Positions 27,345-37,540 are shown, counted from the first letter of the stretch. The stretch: 64,000 bases of DNA from an uncultured Candidatus Saccharibacteria bacterium (GCA_964384035.1 CAYLIB010000001.1:135636-199635); one strand, 5' to 3'. The notes: generated by a model not told the origin, from the sequence alone. A program made the numbers and translations.

Positions 27345-30137
27345 ATGCCAAAAACTACCCACCCTAAATACATGTTAATAGACGGCAACGCCCTAGTTCA
27401 CCGCGGTTTTCATGCCATCCCCGGACTTCAAAACAAAGCAGGAACTCCAACCGGTGCTGTCTACGGATTCATTTCCATACTTCTTAAAGCAATAAAAGAC
27501 CTTAAACCTACTCACGTAGCTGCCACCTTCGACCTTGCTGGTCCCACCTTCAGACACGAAAAATACAAAGACTATAAAGCAACCCGCGTAAAAGCCCCAC
27601 AAGAACTCTACGACCAAATCCCCCTAGTAAAACAAGTCGTAAGGGCTATGGGTATCCCCGTTGTAGAAAAACAAGGTTTCGAAGCAGACGACTGCTTGGG
27701 TACACTTTCAAATAAAATTTGCAGTCACAAAAACGGCGGCTGCGACGTTATGATAGTTACAGGAGATTTAGATACTCTCCAGTTAGTTTCAGACTGCGTA
27801 AAAATATACACACTCAGAAAAGGTCTCTCCGATATCGCCATCTACGACAAGTCAGCAATAAAAGAACGCTTCGGTCTTACCCCAGAACAAATGGTGGACT
27901 ACAAAGCATTAAGAGGGGACCCATCAGACAACATTAAAGGAGTAAAAGGTATAGGAGAAAAAACCGCCAGCGACCTAATACAAGAATTCGGCAGTCTAGA
28001 TGCTCTATATAAAGCCATTCACGCAGGAAAAACCGGCGACAAAATTAAACCTCGCATTTTAGAATTACTCAAAGCCGGAGAAGAAGACGCTAAGTTCTCC
28101 TATGAGCTCTCTACTATAGAGAGAAATATAGATATAGATGCAAATATCCCAGAATTCACCTTTACTAAAGAAGAACAGCACGCCACTCTAGAAGTATTCA
28201 AAGAACTCGAGTTCCAAAGTCTTGTCAGCAAGCTTCCCGGTGCAGATGGTTCTGCTGCTGTTTCTACTAAGTCACCAAAAAACGCACAAACAGAATCCGA
28301 AGAAGAAGTAAAAAAACCAGCACTTTCAACAGAAGTCCACAAAAAAACCTACCACTTTGTAAATACCGAAGAAAAACTAGACGACCTACTTTCTAAACTC
28401 AACAAAGTTAAAGAATTTGCAATAGATACCGAAACAACAAGCATCCATCCGGTAGATGCCAAGCTGGTTGGTGTTTCCGTTTCTTTCAAAGCCCACACCG
28501 GTTACTATATTCCAGCAAATATTTTAGAACTCAGAAAAAAAGAATTTGGAAAAATATTAAACGACCCAAAAGTAAGCAAAGTTGGCCACAATATTAAATA
28601 TGACCTTCTAACTTTGCAAAATTTTGGACTAAATCTCGTCGGTGCCGACTTCGACACCATGCTCGCTTCCTATCTACTCGATCCAGGCACCAGAAAACAC
28701 AGTATGGACGCTCTCGCCTTTAATGAACTCGGCTACCAAACCCAAAGCATAGAAGAGCTTATTGGCAAAGGAAGCAAGCAAATTACTATGGATCAAGTAG
28801 ATCCAGAAAAAGTCAGCTGGTACGCCAGCGAAGACGCCGACGTCACCTGGCAATTCAAAGAAATTTTCGAACCAAGACTAAAAAAAGAAAAACTAGACAA
28901 GGTCTTTAGCGAAATAGAAATGCCCCTCATACCCGTTTTGGCTGAAGTAGAAAGAAACGGAGTCATTTTAGATACCGAACTATTAGAAGAGTACGAATAC
29001 ATCGCCGAAAAAGCCATACACAGTTTAGAAAAAGAAATATATCATCTCACCGGTGAAGAGTTTAATATAGCTTCCCCGGCACAAATGAAAGAAGTGCTTT
29101 TCGAAAAGCTAAAACTCGAACCCATCCAAAACAAAAAAACCAAAACCGGTCTCTCAACGGCAGCAGGAGAGTTAGAAAAAATGCTTGGCCAACATCCAGT
29201 CATAGAAAAAATTATGGAGTACAGAGAGCTGACCAAACTCCAGTCTACGTATATAACGGCTCTCCCAAAACTAGTTAGTCCGACCACTGGTAGAATCCAC
29301 ACTAGCTACAACCAAACCATTGCGGCAACTGGTCGCTTGAGTTCCACCGACCCCAACCTCCAAAATATTCCTATTAAAGACAATCGTCACGAACTGGAAA
29401 TAAGAAAAGCCTTTGTCGCAGAACCAGGCTACAAGTTACTCTCCATCGACTACTCTCAAATAGAACTACGAATGGTAGCGCACCTTTCGGGCGACAAAAA
29501 TATGCTAGAAGTCTTCAAAAAAGGCGAAGACATACACACAAATACAGCAAGTCAGATCTTTGGAGTGCCCAAAAGCGAAGTAACTAAAGCCCACAGACGC
29601 GACGCCAAAACCATAAACTTCGGCATCCTCTACGGTCTCTCGGGTTTTGGTTTAAGTAGTCGCATTCAGGAAATAGATATGAAAGACGCTCAAGACTTCA
29701 TAAACAAATACTTCGAAGCCTACCCCGGAATTAAAGTCTATATGGAAAAAGTAAAAGAAGAAGTAAGAGAAAACGGTTTTGTAAGAAACGAAATAGGTAG
29801 AATCAGACGCTTCCCCGAAATAAAATCCAGCCAGTTCTTCATTCGCTCTGCCGCCGAACGCGCCGCCATAAATTTCCCCATACAAAGTCTCGCCGCCGAC
29901 GTGATTAAGCTCGCCATGTTAAAAATCCACCCCCTCCTGTCATCCTCGGCGAAGGCCGGGAATCCAGACTGCCGAATGATCCTCCAAGTCCACGACGAAC
30001 TCGTCTTCGAAGTAAAAGAAAAAAAAGTAAAAGAATACGAAGGTCTATTAAAACCCCTAATGGAACAAGCCATAAAACTAACCGTCCCCATAACCGTCGA
30101 ATCAAAAATAGGTGACAATTGGGGAGATATGAAATAA
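27345..30137 (+). CDS. polA: DNA polymerase I
   Basis: 5'-3' exonuclease (LIDGN, EADD, GDPSDNI), 3'-5' exonuclease (DTETT), polymerase motifs (TGRLSS.DPNLQNIP, DYSQIELR, K.INFG..YG, QVHDEL). Confidence 0.98.
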   Translation: MPKTTHPKYMLIDGNALVHRGFHAIPGLQNKAGTPTGAVYGFISILLKAIKDLKPTHVAATFDLAGPTFRHEKYKDYKATRVKAPQELYDQIPLVKQVVRAMGIPVVEKQGFEADDCLGTLSNKICSHKNGGCDVMIVTGDLDTLQLVSDCVKIYTLRKGLSDIAIYDKSAIKERFGLTPEQMVDYKALRGDPSDNIKGVKGIGEKTASDLIQEFGSLDALYKAIHAGKTGDKIKPRILELLKAGEEDAKFSYELSTIERNIDIDANIPEFTFTKEEQHATLEVFKELEFQSLVSKLPGADGSAAVSTKSPKNAQTESEEEVKKPALSTEVHKKTYHFVNTEEKLDDLLSKLNKVKEFAIDTETTSIHPVDAKLVGVSVSFKAHTGYYIPANILELRKKEFGKILNDPKVSKVGHNIKYDLLTLQNFGLNLVGADFDTMLASYLLDPGTRKHSMDALAFNELGYQTQSIEELIGKGSKQITMDQVDPEKVSWYASEDADVTWQFKEIFEPRLKKEKLDKVFSEIEMPLIPVLAEVERNGVILDTELLEEYEYIAEKAIHSLEKEIYHLTGEEFNIASPAQMKEVLFEKLKLEPIQNKKTKTGLSTAAGELEKMLGQHPVIEKIMEYRELTKLQSTYITALPKLVSPTTGRIHTSYNQTIAATGRLSSTDPNLQNIPIKDNRHELEIRKAFVAEPGYKLLSIDYSQIELRMVAHLSGDKNMLEVFKKGEDIHTNTASQIFGVPKSEVTKAHRRDAKTINFGILYGLSGFGLSSRIQEIDMKDAQDFINKYFEAYPGIKVYMEKVKEEVRENGFVRNEIGRIRRFPEIKSSQFFIRSAAERAAINFPIQSLAADVIKLAMLKIHPLLSSSAKAGNPDCRMILQVHDELVFEVKEKKVKEYEGLLKPLMEQAIKLTVPITVESKIGDNWGDMK

Positions 30138-30146
30138 ATAAAAAAC

Positions 30147-30175
30147 AGACCCAAGAGACTTCTCTTGGGTCTTTT
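30147..30175 (+). terminator. polA terminator
   Basis: agacccaagag-actt-ctcttgggtct-ttt. Confidence 0.8.
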
Positions 30176-30315
30176 AAATAGCCAAACATCTTAGTGTGGT
30201 TGATAGTAAGCAGATATATATCAAACACCCAAACTCAAGCTAACTATTCTCCATCGCGGCCGCGAGGGAGAATAGTATGTTAAGCTAAACCTATAAAAAA
30301 TTTAAATAAAAATAT

Positions 30316-30615
30316 ATGATAATTGTTCGCGAGGTGTTCACCTGCAAGCCGGGAAAAGCCGGGAAATTCGCTAAAATGTTTAAAGAATTTCACGAGAAAT
30401 TCTATCCAACAGAAAAAGTAAAAATCCTCACAGACGTAGTAGGGGATTTTAATACAGTCGTTATGGAAACCCAATTAAATAACTTGGCCGAGTTCGAAAT
30501 GCGCATGGCAAGCTACAAGTACGACTCACAAAGCAAAGCAGAAATGCAGGAACTAATGAGAGATTATTTAGATAACTACCAAACCGGCAAACGCGAAATC
30601 TGGCAGGTAGTTTAA
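30316..30615 (+). CDS. NIPSNAP-like dimeric alpha-beta barrel protein
   Basis: REVF.CKPGK...ILTD..G.FNTVV.E....L.EFE...G.REIW pattern. Confidence 0.65.
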   Translation: MIIVREVFTCKPGKAGKFAKMFKEFHEKFYPTEKVKILTDVVGDFNTVVMETQLNNLAEFEMRMASYKYDSQSKAEMQELMRDYLDNYQTGKREIWQVV

Positions 30616-30627
30616 ATAATAAGAAAG

Positions 30628-30659
30628 AGCGGATCACAATTGTGATCCGCTAGTTTTTT
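30628..30659. terminator. Bidirectional terminator
   Basis: Perfect palindrome agcggatcacaattgtgatccgct. Confidence 0.75.
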
Positions 30660-31356
30660 ATAGACAGTGTTTAGGCCACTGTCCTACGTAGTGTACCTTT
30701 TCAGATACCATGTATCTGTAAGGCAAAAGTCTCGAGAGTTGCTCGGTTTTCGAAGCAAACGCGAAGCACTCCTCCGTAGTGGGCTGGTAGATTGTAGCCA
30801 CCCTACTCACTTGCGAGTAGGGAAGCATTGTGTCATTAGGTTGAATAGACCCAAAGTCCACCACTTGGTGCTGCGGTAATCCAATGGATACCATTGCATT
30901 AGTGATTGCCTCAAGCGTTGGTAGTCTATCTGGGTAATTCTTCCAGATAACATGGGTTTCCTGCGCGGGGGAATTCTGCACTCTTTCAAATTCTGGAAAC
31001 TCAAGGTCGAAATTTATCTCCGACCAACCCCAACCCGGGTTCACAATTACTTCCTCCACCTCGAAGTTGCATTCAACTCCGAGGGCTCGAAGCTGTGTCA
31101 TGCCTTCACGAATCAGGTTTTTAATTCCTTCCCAGTCCTGGCTCTTACTCGTTGCCATCAAGGTTGGACAATCAAGGTCGTGTCCAGTAGGCGGGACCCC
31201 AGCAGGGTGTTCAAGCTGGTCGAAGTTCGTGACCCCCAGAAAGTATTTCACTTTCTGGAACCCAACGCCAATGAGTGTATTTCTAACCTCTTCAGTGCAA
31301 ATTAATTCCGAATATTGCGTCGCAATGTGTGCCTCAAAAAGTCTACGTATTTTCAT
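30658..31356 (-). CDS. Hypothetical protein divergent from TrmB2 (cargo)
   Basis: 232 aa; SD AGGAGG; two ExH motifs (FEAHI, QETHV). Confidence 0.75.
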   Translation of the reverse strand: MKIRRLFEAHIATQYSELICTEEVRNTLIGVGFQKVKYFLGVTNFDQLEHPAGVPPTGHDLDCPTLMATSKSQDWEGIKNLIREGMTQLRALGVECNFEVEEVIVNPGWGWSEINFDLEFPEFERVQNSPAQETHVIWKNYPDRLPTLEAITNAMVSIGLPQHQVVDFGSIQPNDTMLPYSQVSRVATIYQPTTEECFAFASKTEQLSRLLPYRYMVSEKVHYVGQWPKHCL

Positions 31357-31531
31357 AAGAACCTCCTATTAAGTTTTAGTTTATGCGAACGGGTTGTTTG
31401 TTTTTGAAATATAATTATGTCATAATTAGCTAGAATTATTAACAATATTAGATAGTAATTTTAAATAAAAGCTCAAATATAGGATATTTTTAATACTAAT
31501 TAGCATAAATTTGTCAGAAATAATAACAAAA

Positions 31532-32275
31532 ATGATAGATTCTAAATCACTTCTCGTTGCAGGATTAGATGAAAAATCCGCACAAATATATCTCGCTAGT
31601 CTAAGTTCTGGTGTGTCTTCAGTTCAACAGCTTGCTGAAAAAACAGGTTTAAAAAGACCCACAGTCTATATGTATATTCAGCAAATGCTAAAAGAAGGCT
31701 TTCTAGAAAAAGTCCCCATTGGTAAGAAGGACTACTACCAAGCAATAGACCCAGAAGTTGTAAAACAGAAAGTAGACGAGGCTCACGCCCAAATGCAAAC
31801 CATATTCCCAGAGCTATTACAGATGCAAAATAAAACTGCGGGCAAACCCGGGGTTAAAGTACTCGTTGGTAAAAAGGGAATGGAGCAAATATACAAAGAA
31901 ATAGCCCAAGCAGATTCTATTCGTTTCTGGACCGACCTCTCCCAGTTTGAAAGCACCTTCAAAAATAGTTTCAACTACCTAAGCGAAACCATAAAAACTA
32001 AACAGATACGAACCAAAGAAATAATCGCCGACAACCCCAAAAGCAAAGCCAGCTCAAAACGTTACGCAGCAAACGCCGGTAAATTTTACTCTTCCCGCAT
32101 TGCCACAAAAGAAGGTATAACCAACGACAGTGCAATATATGGAAACGTCGTAGCCCTTTTCCGCATCCACGATTTCAACCTCTTCGTAGTCAGAATAGAA
32201 GACCTCACCATAGCTACCAGTATGAAAGCCCTCTTCGAAATGGCCTGGCAATCCGCCACGCCCTTCATTGGTTAA
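31532..32275 (+). CDS. TrmB-family transcriptional regulator (TrmB2)
   Basis: HTH GLDEKSAQIYLA.L..G...VQQLA.KTGLKRPTVY; KPGVK...GK.G linker; C-terminal LFEMAW. Confidence 0.9.
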   Translation: MIDSKSLLVAGLDEKSAQIYLASLSSGVSSVQQLAEKTGLKRPTVYMYIQQMLKEGFLEKVPIGKKDYYQAIDPEVVKQKVDEAHAQMQTIFPELLQMQNKTAGKPGVKVLVGKKGMEQIYKEIAQADSIRFWTDLSQFESTFKNSFNYLSETIKTKQIRTKEIIADNPKSKASSKRYAANAGKFYSSRIATKEGITNDSAIYGNVVALFRIHDFNLFVVRIEDLTIATSMKALFEMAWQSATPFIG

Positions 32276-32297
32276 TAAAAAAAGCGAGTCTGTAAAC

Positions 32298-32984
32298 TCA
32301 CTGTAATTTGGGGTTTCCCTTAATTTCCATCTCAGTCTGTATGCCGGAAAACAACTTTGCTTCTTTTTCCGAAAAGTAGTCGTTAAACTGTTCCTCAAAA
32401 AGCCCTGCCTGCGAAGGCTTTTTATTTTTGAGAAGCAATTCATACTGAACGATGAAATACATCCCAACCCAATACAACTCTAACTCTTTCGGTTTGTTTT
32501 CAAGGTAGTACTGTAAGAACCGATTACGGGCCAAGCGTTTGAGCCTATCAAGGCCATCTGTATCTTGGCTCAATCCCTTGCTTTCCAGTCTCGCAAGGAA
32601 AACAGTCGCAAGGAATTCTACGGTTTCATCCTTATCCTCAGACACCAATATCTTTACCAGTTTGCTGCGACACTCCGGGATGTTCTTTTTGTAGTATGCG
32701 AGTAGTGCCTGCAGAAACCAAATCCGGGTTTCAAGCCTGCCTTCTTCCACGTATTTGGTAGTTAGTTCTTCGATCTCGGCCAGCAGCGACTTGTCCTGCG
32801 CTCCCTGAAGGTCGTAGCAAATAAACAAATCCACCACACAGTTGAAAGAGGCAAACAAACTCCCGCCGACCAGCATTTCATCCCGATAACCCTTTTTCAG
32901 AAATCCTTGAGCTTCATCAAAATTTCCTCGAAGCATGGATTTCAGCGCCTTGGGTCTAAGTTCACTAGCTTGCTCTCTGGGCAT
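32298..32984 (-). CDS. Hypothetical helical (TPR-like) protein
   Basis: 228 aa; SD GGAGG; convergent with TrmB2. Confidence 0.65.
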   Translation of the reverse strand: MPREQASELRPKALKSMLRGNFDEAQGFLKKGYRDEMLVGGSLFASFNCVVDLFICYDLQGAQDKSLLAEIEELTTKYVEEGRLETRIWFLQALLAYYKKNIPECRSKLVKILVSEDKDETVEFLATVFLARLESKGLSQDTDGLDRLKRLARNRFLQYYLENKPKELELYWVGMYFIVQYELLLKNKKPSQAGLFEEQFNDYFSEKEAKLFSGIQTEMEIKGNPKLQ

Positions 32985-33222
32985 TTTCCAAATCCTCCAT
33001 TTAATCTAAGAAGTAAGCGGTATTTAAACACACTAATGATAAGGTAGTCAAATAAAAGCCTCTTGAAAATATGTAGAAATATATTATAATTTCTTTTATT
33101 TTCTATTCAGCCATACAAACAAGGAGAGTCATATGACCTACTTCTTTCCCACTGGTTTCATTCTATGCCCCTAAACTCGGTGATTAGTTAGAGGCTAATC
33201 ACCACTAACAATCGGAGCTAGA

Positions 33223-33684
33223 ATGAAACCGAAAAAAGATTATTTTCTCATGGTCGGCGCTCCCGGAAGTGGTAAGTCCACCTCTGCTGGGAAACTGGCC
33301 AGTGAAACTGGAGCGCTTATTGTTTGTCCGGACCATCTTCGTGATGTTTATCCGGAAAAAAGCGATGCGCAAATTTTCGCTATCGCCCGCGAAATCATCG
33401 CTTTTACTTTGAAAAACGGAAAGCGCGACGTTATCCTCGACTGCACCAATACCAGCAGAAGAGGAAGAAAGGAAATGATCGAAGCTGGAAAATCCTTTGC
33501 CAACAGGGTGGTGTGCATCCATATGGCCACCAGTCTCGAGGAGTCTCTCAAAAGGCACAAAGCTCGGCAGGTGAGGGGAGAGAAACCCACCCTCACGGAG
33601 GTGAGGATTACTGAGATGTACGATCGTCTCCAGAAAAACCTCCCCAGCCTCACCGAGGGTTTCGATGAAATCATTGAGTGCTAA
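33223..33684 (+). CDS. AAA_33 / polynucleotide-kinase-like P-loop protein
   Basis: MVGAPGSGKST, CPD.LR, VILDCTN....R and EGFDEI motifs. Confidence 0.85.
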   Translation: MKPKKDYFLMVGAPGSGKSTSAGKLASETGALIVCPDHLRDVYPEKSDAQIFAIAREIIAFTLKNGKRDVILDCTNTSRRGRKEMIEAGKSFANRVVCIHMATSLEESLKRHKARQVRGEKPTLTEVRITEMYDRLQKNLPSLTEGFDEIIEC

Positions 33685-33775
33685 TTATACCGACAATAGT
33701 CGGTATTTTTATTTACCCACTCATTTACATACACCTAAATAACTGCAATAATTTCGCGGTATAAGGAGGTTAGAT

Positions 33776-34705
33776 ATGGAAGAAAATGCTTCAAGAAAGG
33801 TCAGTAACTTCAACAACCCAAAAAGACATTTGCAGTCATGGTATGTTTTAGGTAAGTCATCTCAGGTAAAAATAAATAAACCGAAAAACTTTCAAGTACT
33901 AGGCAGGAATTTAGTTTGCTGGCGAGACGAAAATAATTCTTTACATTTGCTAGATTCCCGTTGCCCACACCTGGGAGCAGATCTCGGAAAGGGGAGAGTT
34001 GTAACTGGGAATATCGTGTGCCCCTATCACAAGTGGCAGTTCTCACCTACAGGTAATTGTGTTTTCGCTCCAAGAACCGAGTCTCTCCCAGAGAGGTCAG
34101 TAAGAGTCTATCCCGTGCAGGAAAAGTGGGGATTAATATGGTTCTGGAACGGGCCCGAGATAGGGTTCGCTATTCCAGAAATATCACACCCCTATAGACA
34201 TTTAAAAATGCCCTCAAGAACATTCCCTTGCCACCCCCATGTGGTAATAGCGAATGGTCTAGATATAACGCATTTCGAAACCCTACACCAAATTTCACTA
34301 AGAGAATACAAAAGCGAACAGAATCCGTACTCTGCCAAAGTCACTATTGGTGGGCAGTTTTCTACTTTTCTTATGAACTCACTAGCGGGTACGCAAGATC
34401 AAGATTTTGTAGTCTCAATTACTGCTATCGGTGGGAACAACGCCCTTATAGAAGCCGAATCACCTATAAAATTCTCTGTCATCTTCACAACCTTACCCAT
34501 AGAAACTGGGTGTAAGATTCAGGCTCTGTTATTCTTACCCAAAAAAATATTTCCAGATTTTTTCAGGGCGTTCATTTCTCTATATCGGTTGCTTATGGAC
34601 GACCGTATAATTTTGGAAAATATAAATTTCTCCCCATCCTTCGTGGATTCAGACAACGCATTCAAAGAATATGTAAACCTAGTAAATACCATGCCCACAT
34701 GGTAG
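33776..34705 (+). CDS. Rieske non-heme iron oxygenase, alpha-subunit-like
   Basis: CPHLGADL and CPYH Rieske ligands; mononuclear-Fe motif NGLDITHFETLH; distal Asp. Confidence 0.85.
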   Translation: MEENASRKVSNFNNPKRHLQSWYVLGKSSQVKINKPKNFQVLGRNLVCWRDENNSLHLLDSRCPHLGADLGKGRVVTGNIVCPYHKWQFSPTGNCVFAPRTESLPERSVRVYPVQEKWGLIWFWNGPEIGFAIPEISHPYRHLKMPSRTFPCHPHVVIANGLDITHFETLHQISLREYKSEQNPYSAKVTIGGQFSTFLMNSLAGTQDQDFVVSITAIGGNNALIEAESPIKFSVIFTTLPIETGCKIQALLFLPKKIFPDFFRAFISLYRLLMDDRIILENINFSPSFVDSDNAFKEYVNLVNTMPTW

Positions 34706-34833
34706 ATGAACAAAAAAACGATACTTAGCAGTATCGTTAATTTTTTATGAATTTAAGAATATTGACTTTTATAAATATTTATGTTAAAATCATGTTTATT
34801 TCTCAAACATAAAAATAGGATGGATAACACTAA

Positions 34834-35163
34834 ATGAAGTTTTTGTGCGCGGTGATTTTATTTTTCACGTTATCAGCAAGCACTGTTGCGATTGCACAGC
34901 AAAAGCCTTGTAGTAAGAGTGCAAGCATCGGTATCAGATACGAGGAAGAAAAGTATATCACAGACACATGGATATCTGGTAATGGCAGGCAAGCCCTCGC
35001 CGTTTATAAAGAATTCGGAAGAGAAAAAACATCTTTAGTCTTGCATGTTTCGCCAGAGATGGCAGCAACTCTAAAAATCGGAGATAAGGTCCTAGCTGAA
35101 GGTAACATAATTTGCACCCAACAGGGTGCTCACAGCTTCCGTATTAGTTCAGTAACGCGATAA
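34834..35163 (+). CDS. Small secreted protein
   Basis: Signal peptide MKFLCAVILFFTLSASTVAIA; promoter TTGACT-17-TAAAAT near 34763. Confidence 0.65.
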   Translation: MKFLCAVILFFTLSASTVAIAQQKPCSKSASIGIRYEEEKYITDTWISGNGRQALAVYKEFGREKTSLVLHVSPEMAATLKIGDKVLAEGNIICTQQGAHSFRISSVTR

Positions 35164-35180
35164 AATTTATCGCGATTTTT

Positions 35181-35253
35181 TTAATTTATAAACAACCGCG
35201 CAAGCCTTATCTCATCATAACTAAAACTCTCGTCTAGTAGTTGTTTAACCGGA
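35181..35253 (-). repeat. Duplicate of the recQ 3' end (direct repeat with 38031-38103)
   Basis: 70 of 73 nt identical to 38031-38103, including the stop codon; two of the three differences are synonymous. Confidence 0.9.
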
Positions 35254-35390
35254 TCGAGGACAGACAGAACTGAGGGGAAAAGCTGGATGTTACGGACAAG
35301 GCTATCATCCGCATGCATGAGCGTCTGCTTAGAAATCAGCCTGAAGAAGTCGAAGGTTTCACTAAAATTATCCGCGTCACTCCCAGTTGA
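35253..35390 (+). pseudogene. 3' remnant of an AAA_33 kinase paralogue
   Basis: IEDRQN*GEKLDVTDKAIIRMHERLLRNQPEEVEGFTKIIRV aligns with ARQVRGEKPTLTEVRITEMYDRLQKNLPSLTEGFDEII of 33223-33684; in-frame TGA at 35271. Confidence 0.75.
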
Positions 35391-35469
35391 GTGGCGTTTT
35401 TTTACCTAACAAGTAGTTCTGGGAGAGAATGGGGTTGCAGAATGTCCACTCAAAGCACAAGAGCAAGTA

Positions 35470-36018
35470 GTGTTCAATGTGAGGAGCGACTGGAATAACC
35501 ATCAGGTGAGTAAAGTCGTGAGGGAAGCTATCTGGTACGCTAATGATTTTTTTAGCGAAATGCGCAAGCCGTACCAATTTATGTATTCCGATGAAAGTCC
35601 AGACATAGTGGTTCGGGAATGGCAAATCAACCTGAAGGTCTGTGGGGAGGCGATTATTAGGTTGGATACCCAAGGTGGGTATTACGGCGTGGTAAAAATA
35701 CACTCGGTAATGGCGAATGCTCAATTTGATACTCTGGTAAGAGTTATTCTGCACGAGTTGCTGCACTCGGTTGGTGCAAAGCATTCAAGTGTTGCCGAAG
35801 CCAACGACTTGATGAGTAAAAATTTAGTGCCGCTTCCAGGTTATGGCCAATACTGGTGCCAAACCAGTCACGATTGGGCCATAAAGTCACAAACTCTGGG
35901 AGAAATTACAAACTTTATCGAGCGACTAAAAACTTATCAAGGCAACCGTGGTAGGATATGGAGAAGTCCAGCGTCCGACCCGAAAGTCAAAAAGAGTAAG
36001 AAAAAGGGCTATTACTAA
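35470..36018 (+). CDS. Metzincin-type Zn metallopeptidase domain (possibly 5'-truncated)
   Basis: HELLHSVGAKH (HExxHxxGxxH) plus Met-turn DLM; no clear SD or ATG start. Confidence 0.65.
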   Translation: MFNVRSDWNNHQVSKVVREAIWYANDFFSEMRKPYQFMYSDESPDIVVREWQINLKVCGEAIIRLDTQGGYYGVVKIHSVMANAQFDTLVRVILHELLHSVGAKHSSVAEANDLMSKNLVPLPGYGQYWCQTSHDWAIKSQTLGEITNFIERLKTYQGNRGRIWRSPASDPKVKKSKKKGYY

Positions 36019-36048
36019 TACTGCCACCCAAGGCAGTTTTTATTTTAC

Positions 36049-36150
36049 TTCTACTTGCTCGTAGTCCGCATAGAAGACGCTGCTATTGCAAGTACTATGG
36101 GTGCACTGTTCGATGTGGCCTGGAAACAATCCACTCCATTCATAGGCTAA
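36049..36150 (+). pseudogene. 3' remnant of a TrmB2-like regulator
   Basis: FYLLVVRIEDAAIASTMGALFDVAWKQSTPFIG* vs TrmB2 FNLFVVRIEDLTIATSMKALFEMAWQSATPFIG*. Confidence 0.8.
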
Positions 36151-36200
36151 GCACTGTAAATAAATAAACCACCACCAGCAATAAGTTGGCGGTAGTTTAT

Positions 36201-36929
36201 TTATGCGAGCATTTTCCACATAAAGTTGAATATATTCTGCATAAAGCTCGATATTTCTTTAGAAAATATTTCTACCGCAACATGCTCTTTTTTATAGCTG
36301 ATAAAAATTACTCTATCTGGCAGTATATAGCACCCAGCTGTCCACGAAAGAGGGGAGAACGCAGGTGGAAGCAGTTTAACTTCGCTCAGGGTTTTCTCTT
36401 TATCTGACTTTCGCGCCTCCGCAATCATAGAAGTCTCCGTAACCAAGCGCGTATGTATTCCTCTCTCGGCACGTCTCTTTTTAAATCCTTTTAAGAACCC
36501 TGAGTTCATGGAAAGCCAATCTTGCTCACTGGTAATAATGTCGTAACTTTTAAGTCCGCGTATTTCTAAAATAGAATCATACAATTTAAGTAATTCCTTT
36601 TCAGAACTATAAACCTTAATAACTGGGGTCTTACCCGAGGTTCGGTGTAGATCTATGAGATCCGGTAGTAGTTCTTTAAGTTTTTCTTCTTTCTGTTTAA
36701 GCTCAATAAGTAAATTCTTCGGACTGTGCGGGAAAAAACGAAGAACTTTTTTTGATTCAGCTTTATAAACCATACCCCGTTTCTCCAATTCCGAAAGTAC
36801 GTCGTAAATCGTTGTTCTGTCTAACTTTGAGCTAACTGCTATTTCCTTTACAGTCGCCTCGCCCAAAGTAAGTAGGGTCTTATAAACATTTTCCTCTTTT
36901 AAAGAAAGTCCCAAAAATGATAAATCCAT
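36201..36929 (-). CDS. TrmB-family transcriptional regulator (TrmB3)
   Basis: LGLSLKEENVYKTLL.LGEATVKEIA..SKLDRTTIYDVL..LE.RGMV HTH; has its own TTGACA-17-TATAAT at 36998-37026. Confidence 0.9.
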   Translation of the reverse strand: MDLSFLGLSLKEENVYKTLLTLGEATVKEIAVSSKLDRTTIYDVLSELEKRGMVYKAESKKVLRFFPHSPKNLLIELKQKEEKLKELLPDLIDLHRTSGKTPVIKVYSSEKELLKLYDSILEIRGLKSYDIITSEQDWLSMNSGFLKGFKKRRAERGIHTRLVTETSMIAEARKSDKEKTLSEVKLLPPAFSPLSWTAGCYILPDRVIFISYKKEHVAVEIFSKEISSFMQNIFNFMWKMLA

Positions 36930-37111
36930 AATTTTGTGGATAATTTTCGACAAATAATAATACAAAATAATAGCCTAAATAAGGCTATTTTTAATTAATT
37001 ATAGCAATATTTATTAAATTTGTCAATATTTCCCCTCAACTCATGTATAGTTACCCATCAAGTTGATAATTCGATCAGCTTGAAATTCCACCCACTTCCT
37101 TAGGAGGTTCC

Positions 37112-37540
37112 ATGAAGTACGTTCTGTTGTCTCTCGTTTTGTTCGCCGCAGTTCTGGGTTTCGGCTGTTTCGGTAAAAGCAGTCCACCGGTCGGAGCCAA
37201 AGCCACGCCCGAAGCGCGTGGTATCGCCGACGACTCGACTCAGATCGAGGAGGTGTCGGACTGCAGTTGTGGTGCAGTTCCGAACCGAACTCCATCCCGA
37301 TTCGAGCTTCGCATGGAAGATGATCGTTACTTCCTGCGAATCGTCCCAGCTCAAGGTCAGCAGGATATTGAATATTTAATTTCCACAAAGCACCAGGGCG
37401 GACCGAAGGCGAGATCGGAAAAGGGAGAACTATGGGACATCAATCCCAAAGATCTCGCGAACCACTTCTCAAGTTGTTGGCAGGTGCTCGCAAAAAAGGT
37501 CGATGAAAAGACCCTAAAGCGAGTCTACTCCCAGCAGTAA
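37112..37540 (+). CDS. Putative secreted protein or lipoprotein (cargo)
   Basis: SD AGGAGG; signal peptide ending GFGC. Confidence 0.7.
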   Translation: MKYVLLSLVLFAAVLGFGCFGKSSPPVGAKATPEARGIADDSTQIEEVSDCSCGAVPNRTPSRFELRMEDDRYFLRIVPAQGQQDIEYLISTKHQGGPKARSEKGELWDINPKDLANHFSSCWQVLAKKVDEKTLKRVYSQQ

